From: an uncultured Oligoflexia bacterium
GTDB lineage: Bacteria; Bdellovibrionota; UBA1018; CAZJVD01
Direction of reading: 5' to 3'
Assembly (NCBI GenBank): GCA_964549505.1
Contig: CAZJVD010000001.1
Location: forward strand, 420,241 to 484,240
DNA: 64,000 bases
A program made the position numbers and the translations under genes. Positions within the stretch are counted from its first letter, which is position 1. Every line of letters begins with the position of its first letter. Shown here in pieces: positions 60,967 to 64,000 of this stretch. The notes under the pieces were generated by a model, which saw nothing but the letters and a program-made list of their open reading frames with translations, was not told the origin of the DNA and made no database searches.

Positions 60967-61276
60967 GGTTGGCGAACGTAGGGTTGGCTGAGCCCTTGAC
61001 TCGCTCAAGTCCTTGCCGAATCAGGTAAGCTGTCCAAATCGCTTCAAGTTGTCGAAACAGATTCACGAGTCCCGTTGCGGCCGCGTCCTCAGGCTGTCCC
61101 GTGCGATGCGCGAGTTCCTGAATCGCACCTAGCAATGCCTCGAATTCAGGTGTCCTTATAAGATGCGCAATGTTCGTTTGGGTGCCGTCGGGCGGTGACC
61201 CCGTCAGCGCTCGCAAGAACGCGGTATTGAAGATGCGAACCAGATGCTCATCGGTTGGGGGGCGAAAGTGAAGCAC
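60950..61276 (-). CDS. Small hypothetical protein (108 aa)
   Basis: Fills the gap between the TonB-like gene and gcvP; helical composition; no recognised motif. Confidence 0.5.
   Translation of the reverse strand: MLHFRPPTDEHLVRIFNTAFLRALTGSPPDGTQTNIAHLIRTPEFEALLGAIQELAHRTGQPEDAAATGLVNLFRQLEAIWTAYLIRQGLERVKGSANPTFANPTFEG
60958..60987. repeat. 15-bp tandem duplication
   Basis: CGAACGTAGGGTTGG x2 spanning the TonB-like stop; encodes ANPTF twice in the opposite ORF. Confidence 0.8.
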
Positions 61277-61328
61277 AGCAGCCTGTTTTTGCCTTGAGCG
61301 GTCATGAAAATCAAACTAGAACTGTCGC

Positions 61329-64000
61329 ATGGATTTTCAGTTTTCGGACAGGCACATCGGACCACGTGGAACCGAGTTAGAATCCATGCTCGCTGAACTT
61401 GGGATCGACAACGGCCTTAACCAGTTGATTGATGAAACAATTCCATCACGTATCCGAACCAAGCGTGCGTCTGGATTGCCGCGTCCGATGCAGGAGGCCG
61501 AACTCCTTCGTTATGCGCTCGAGCTATCGCGACGCAATCTAGTTTATCGCTCGTTCATTGGTCTTGGGTACTACGGTACGGCTTGTCCGCCTGTGATTCG
61601 GCGGAATATTTTAGAGAATCCGGGGTGGTACACGCAGTACACGCCATACCAGTCAGAAATTGCACAAGGTCGACTCGAGTCGCTGATCAATTTTCAAACG
61701 ATGATCTGTGATCTCACGGGGCTTGAGTTTGCGAATGCAAGCTTGCTCGATGAAGCTACGGCGGCGGCTGAGGCTATGACGTTGAGTTTTTCGGTTCCCC
61801 CGGACAAGTGGGCGGACAAGCGAGCTGCTGGCGATCCGATCTTTGTCGTTTCTGATCAGTGTTTTCCGCAGACGATAGACGTTGTTCGAACGCGCGCGAC
61901 GCCGCTTGGGATTCGTGTCGAAGTTCTCGATCTCGGTAAGTCGTCGTTACCTCCGTCGTGTTTTGGCGTTTTGATTCAGTATCCGGCGCAAGACGGATCG
62001 ATCGCCGACTATCGTAAGTTTGTAGAGCAAGCGCATGCGCAGGGTGCGCTGGTGACGGTGGCCACGGATCTCTTGGCGCTTACAGTTCTTGAAGCTCCTG
62101 GCACTTGGGGGGCGGACATTGCTATTGGTTCATCGCAACGCTTTGGCGTCCCTCCATTGTACGGCGGTCCGCACGCGGCTTTCTTTTCGACCCGCAACGA
62201 ACATCAGCGTCGAATTCCGGGTCGCATCATTGGTGCTTCAAAGGACGCGACAGGAAAAACCGCGTTTCGACTGGCTCTCCAAACGCGCGAGCAACATATC
62301 CGACGCGATAAAGCGACGAGCAATATCTGTACGGCGCAAGTCTTACTGGCGAACCTGGCGGCGATGTACGCCGTTTACTTTGGTCCTGAGGGTATCAAGG
62401 CAAAAGCAGAGCGCGTCCATCGGATGGCAGTGGCGTTAGCCGCTGAAATTCGAAGTCTTGGCTTTGATGTCAGCGAAAGGCCTTTCTTCGACACGTTCTG
62501 GGTTTCCGGATCCGATATGGAGATTCAGTCGGTTCTCGACTGGTCGGTTAAGAACCGTGTGAACTTTCGTATCGTTGATCGACGCACGCTGGGGGTTTCG
62601 CTCGATGAACTCTGTGGCGATGTCGAAGTCGATTTGATTTTGAGTACGTTTCAGAGAAAGCCTCCCGGGCAGGAGATCGCGCGGAGTTCGCGTATTCTCG
62701 TATCCAAAGAAGAAAATATTCCGGATGGCTTACGTCGTACCACCCCATTCTTACAGCATCCTGTTTTCAACACACATCATTCCGAGACCGAGATGCTTCG
62801 CTATATTCGGAGGTTGGAAGCAAAGGATCTGTCACTCACGCATTCGATGATTCCGCTGGGTTCGTGCACGATGAAACTCAACGCTTCAGCGGAGATGATC
62901 CCGATCACCTGGTGGGGCTTTGCCGAGGTTCATCCGTTTGTGCCGCGTGAACAAGCTGAGGGTTATCGTGTGTTGCTCGAAGAACTCGAGACGTTCTTGA
63001 AAGACATCACGGGCTTTGATGCGATTTCCTTGCAGCCGAACGCGGGTTCACAGGGTGAGTATGCTGGTCTGCTTGCGATTCGGCGCTATCACGAAAGCCG
63101 TGGTCAGAAGCAGAGGAACGTTTGCTTGATCCCAAAGTCGGCGCACGGAACCAATCCTGCGAGTGCTGCGATGGCTGGTATGCGTGTCGTTGTCGTCGAG
63201 TGTGATTCGGGCGGCAACGTCGATGTCGAGGATCTTGAGCGCCAAGCGCGCGAACATGCGTCGCAGCTGGCGGCGCTCATGATCACGTATCCCTCGACGC
63301 ATGGAGTATTTGAGGAAGATGTCGTCGAGATCTGTCGGATTGTTCATCAGCACGGCGGACAGGTTTACATGGACGGAGCGAACTTCAATGCACTCATTGG
63401 GTTCTGTCGACCTCCCGAGTTTGGTCCGGATGTCTGTCACTTGAACTTACACAAGACGTTTGCGATTCCGCACGGTGGTGGTGGTCCCGGAATGGGTCCC
63501 ATTGGAGTGCGGGCGCATCTTGCACCGTTTTTACCAGGACATGTGTTTCTCACCGGTGGACGTGCAGGTGCGGCAGGAGCCACGCATGCGGTTTCAGCAG
63601 CGCCGTTCGGAAGTGCGGGCGTTCTGCCCATCTCTTGGGCGTACATCCGAATGATGGGAGATCAAGGTCTTCGGCGTGCAACACAGATCGCGATTTTGAA
63701 TGCGAACTATATGGCGGCGCGACTCGAGCCGCATTTTCCTGTTTTGTATCGTGGTTCGCGCGGTCGGGTCGCTCACGAGTGCATCGTGGATTTGCGTCCT
63801 TTGAAAGCGACCTCCGGCGTGGAAGTCGAAGATGTTGCCAAGCGACTGATGGACTACGGTTTTCACGCTCCGACCGTTTCGTTCCCGGTCGCGGGTACGA
63901 TGATGATCGAACCCACCGAGAGCGAGTCGAAGGCCGAGCTCGATCGTTTCTGTGACGCTATGACCGCGATTCGGGCAGAGATCGCAAAAGTAGAATCCGG
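61329..64000 (+). CDS. gcvP: Glycine dehydrogenase (decarboxylating) P protein, single chain, truncated by the window edge
   Basis: Manual translation [12 protein letters not shown]..., [48 protein letters not shown]. Confidence 0.96.
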   Translation, partial: MDFQFSDRHIGPRGTELESMLAELGIDNGLNQLIDETIPSRIRTKRASGLPRPMQEAELLRYALELSRRNLVYRSFIGLGYYGTACPPVIRRNILENPGWYTQYTPYQSEIAQGRLESLINFQTMICDLTGLEFANASLLDEATAAAEAMTLSFSVPPDKWADKRAAGDPIFVVSDQCFPQTIDVVRTRATPLGIRVEVLDLGKSSLPPSCFGVLIQYPAQDGSIADYRKFVEQAHAQGALVTVATDLLALTVLEAPGTWGADIAIGSSQRFGVPPLYGGPHAAFFSTRNEHQRRIPGRIIGASKDATGKTAFRLALQTREQHIRRDKATSNICTAQVLLANLAAMYAVYFGPEGIKAKAERVHRMAVALAAEIRSLGFDVSERPFFDTFWVSGSDMEIQSVLDWSVKNRVNFRIVDRRTLGVSLDELCGDVEVDLILSTFQRKPPGQEIARSSRILVSKEENIPDGLRRTTPFLQHPVFNTHHSETEMLRYIRRLEAKDLSLTHSMIPLGSCTMKLNASAEMIPITWWGFAEVHPFVPREQAEGYRVLLEELETFLKDITGFDAISLQPNAGSQGEYAGLLAIRRYHESRGQKQRNVCLIPKSAHGTNPASAAMAGMRVVVVECDSGGNVDVEDLERQAREHASQLAALMITYPSTHGVFEEDVVEICRIVHQHGGQVYMDGANFNALIGFCRPPEFGPDVCHLNLHKTFAIPHGGGGPGMGPIGVRAHLAPFLPGHVFLTGGRAGAAGATHAVSAAPFGSAGVLPISWAYIRMMGDQGLRRATQIAILNANYMAARLEPHFPVLYRGSRGRVAHECIVDLRPLKATSGVEVEDVAKRLMDYGFHAPTVSFPVAGTMMIEPTESESKAELDRFCDAMTAIRAEIAKVES

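Noticed and set aside
61358-61373. Third parS-like site (CGGACCACGTGGAACC)
   Set aside because: Left arm is badly mismatched and the sequence is explained by GcvP coding (HIGPRGT).

Overview
64-kb bacterial chromosomal window around dnaA. Gene order and content (rpmH-rnpA-yidD/yidC-mnmE ... mnmG-rsmG-parA-parB-bactofilin-atpF'FHAGDC with atpB/E absent, many orphan exported proteins) suggest a Bdellovibrionota-like organism; this is inference only. The right ~38 kb is mostly housekeeping: an hbd-crt-acyl-CoA dehydrogenase-icmAB operon, two perfect parS sites, sigma54-type promoters ahead of two paralogous lipoproteins, an MltD-like transglycosylase, xseB-tlyA-pseudopatatin-PBP1A-TonB-like, and the start of gcvP. 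The left ~23.8 kb is the notable part: at least 11 consecutive minus-strand genes all begin with Sec-type signal peptides. They include two diverged copies of a cassette (small Cys-motif protein -> ~1400-aa membrane-segment protein with two HPD-less J-like domains -> helical protein(s) with membrane-inserting segments) flanking a signal-peptide-bearing ClpB/Hsp100-like ATPase whose first ATPase ring and pore loops are degenerate. This may be an undescribed exported pore/translocon plus AAA+ motor system. All alignments were made by eye; no searches were run.
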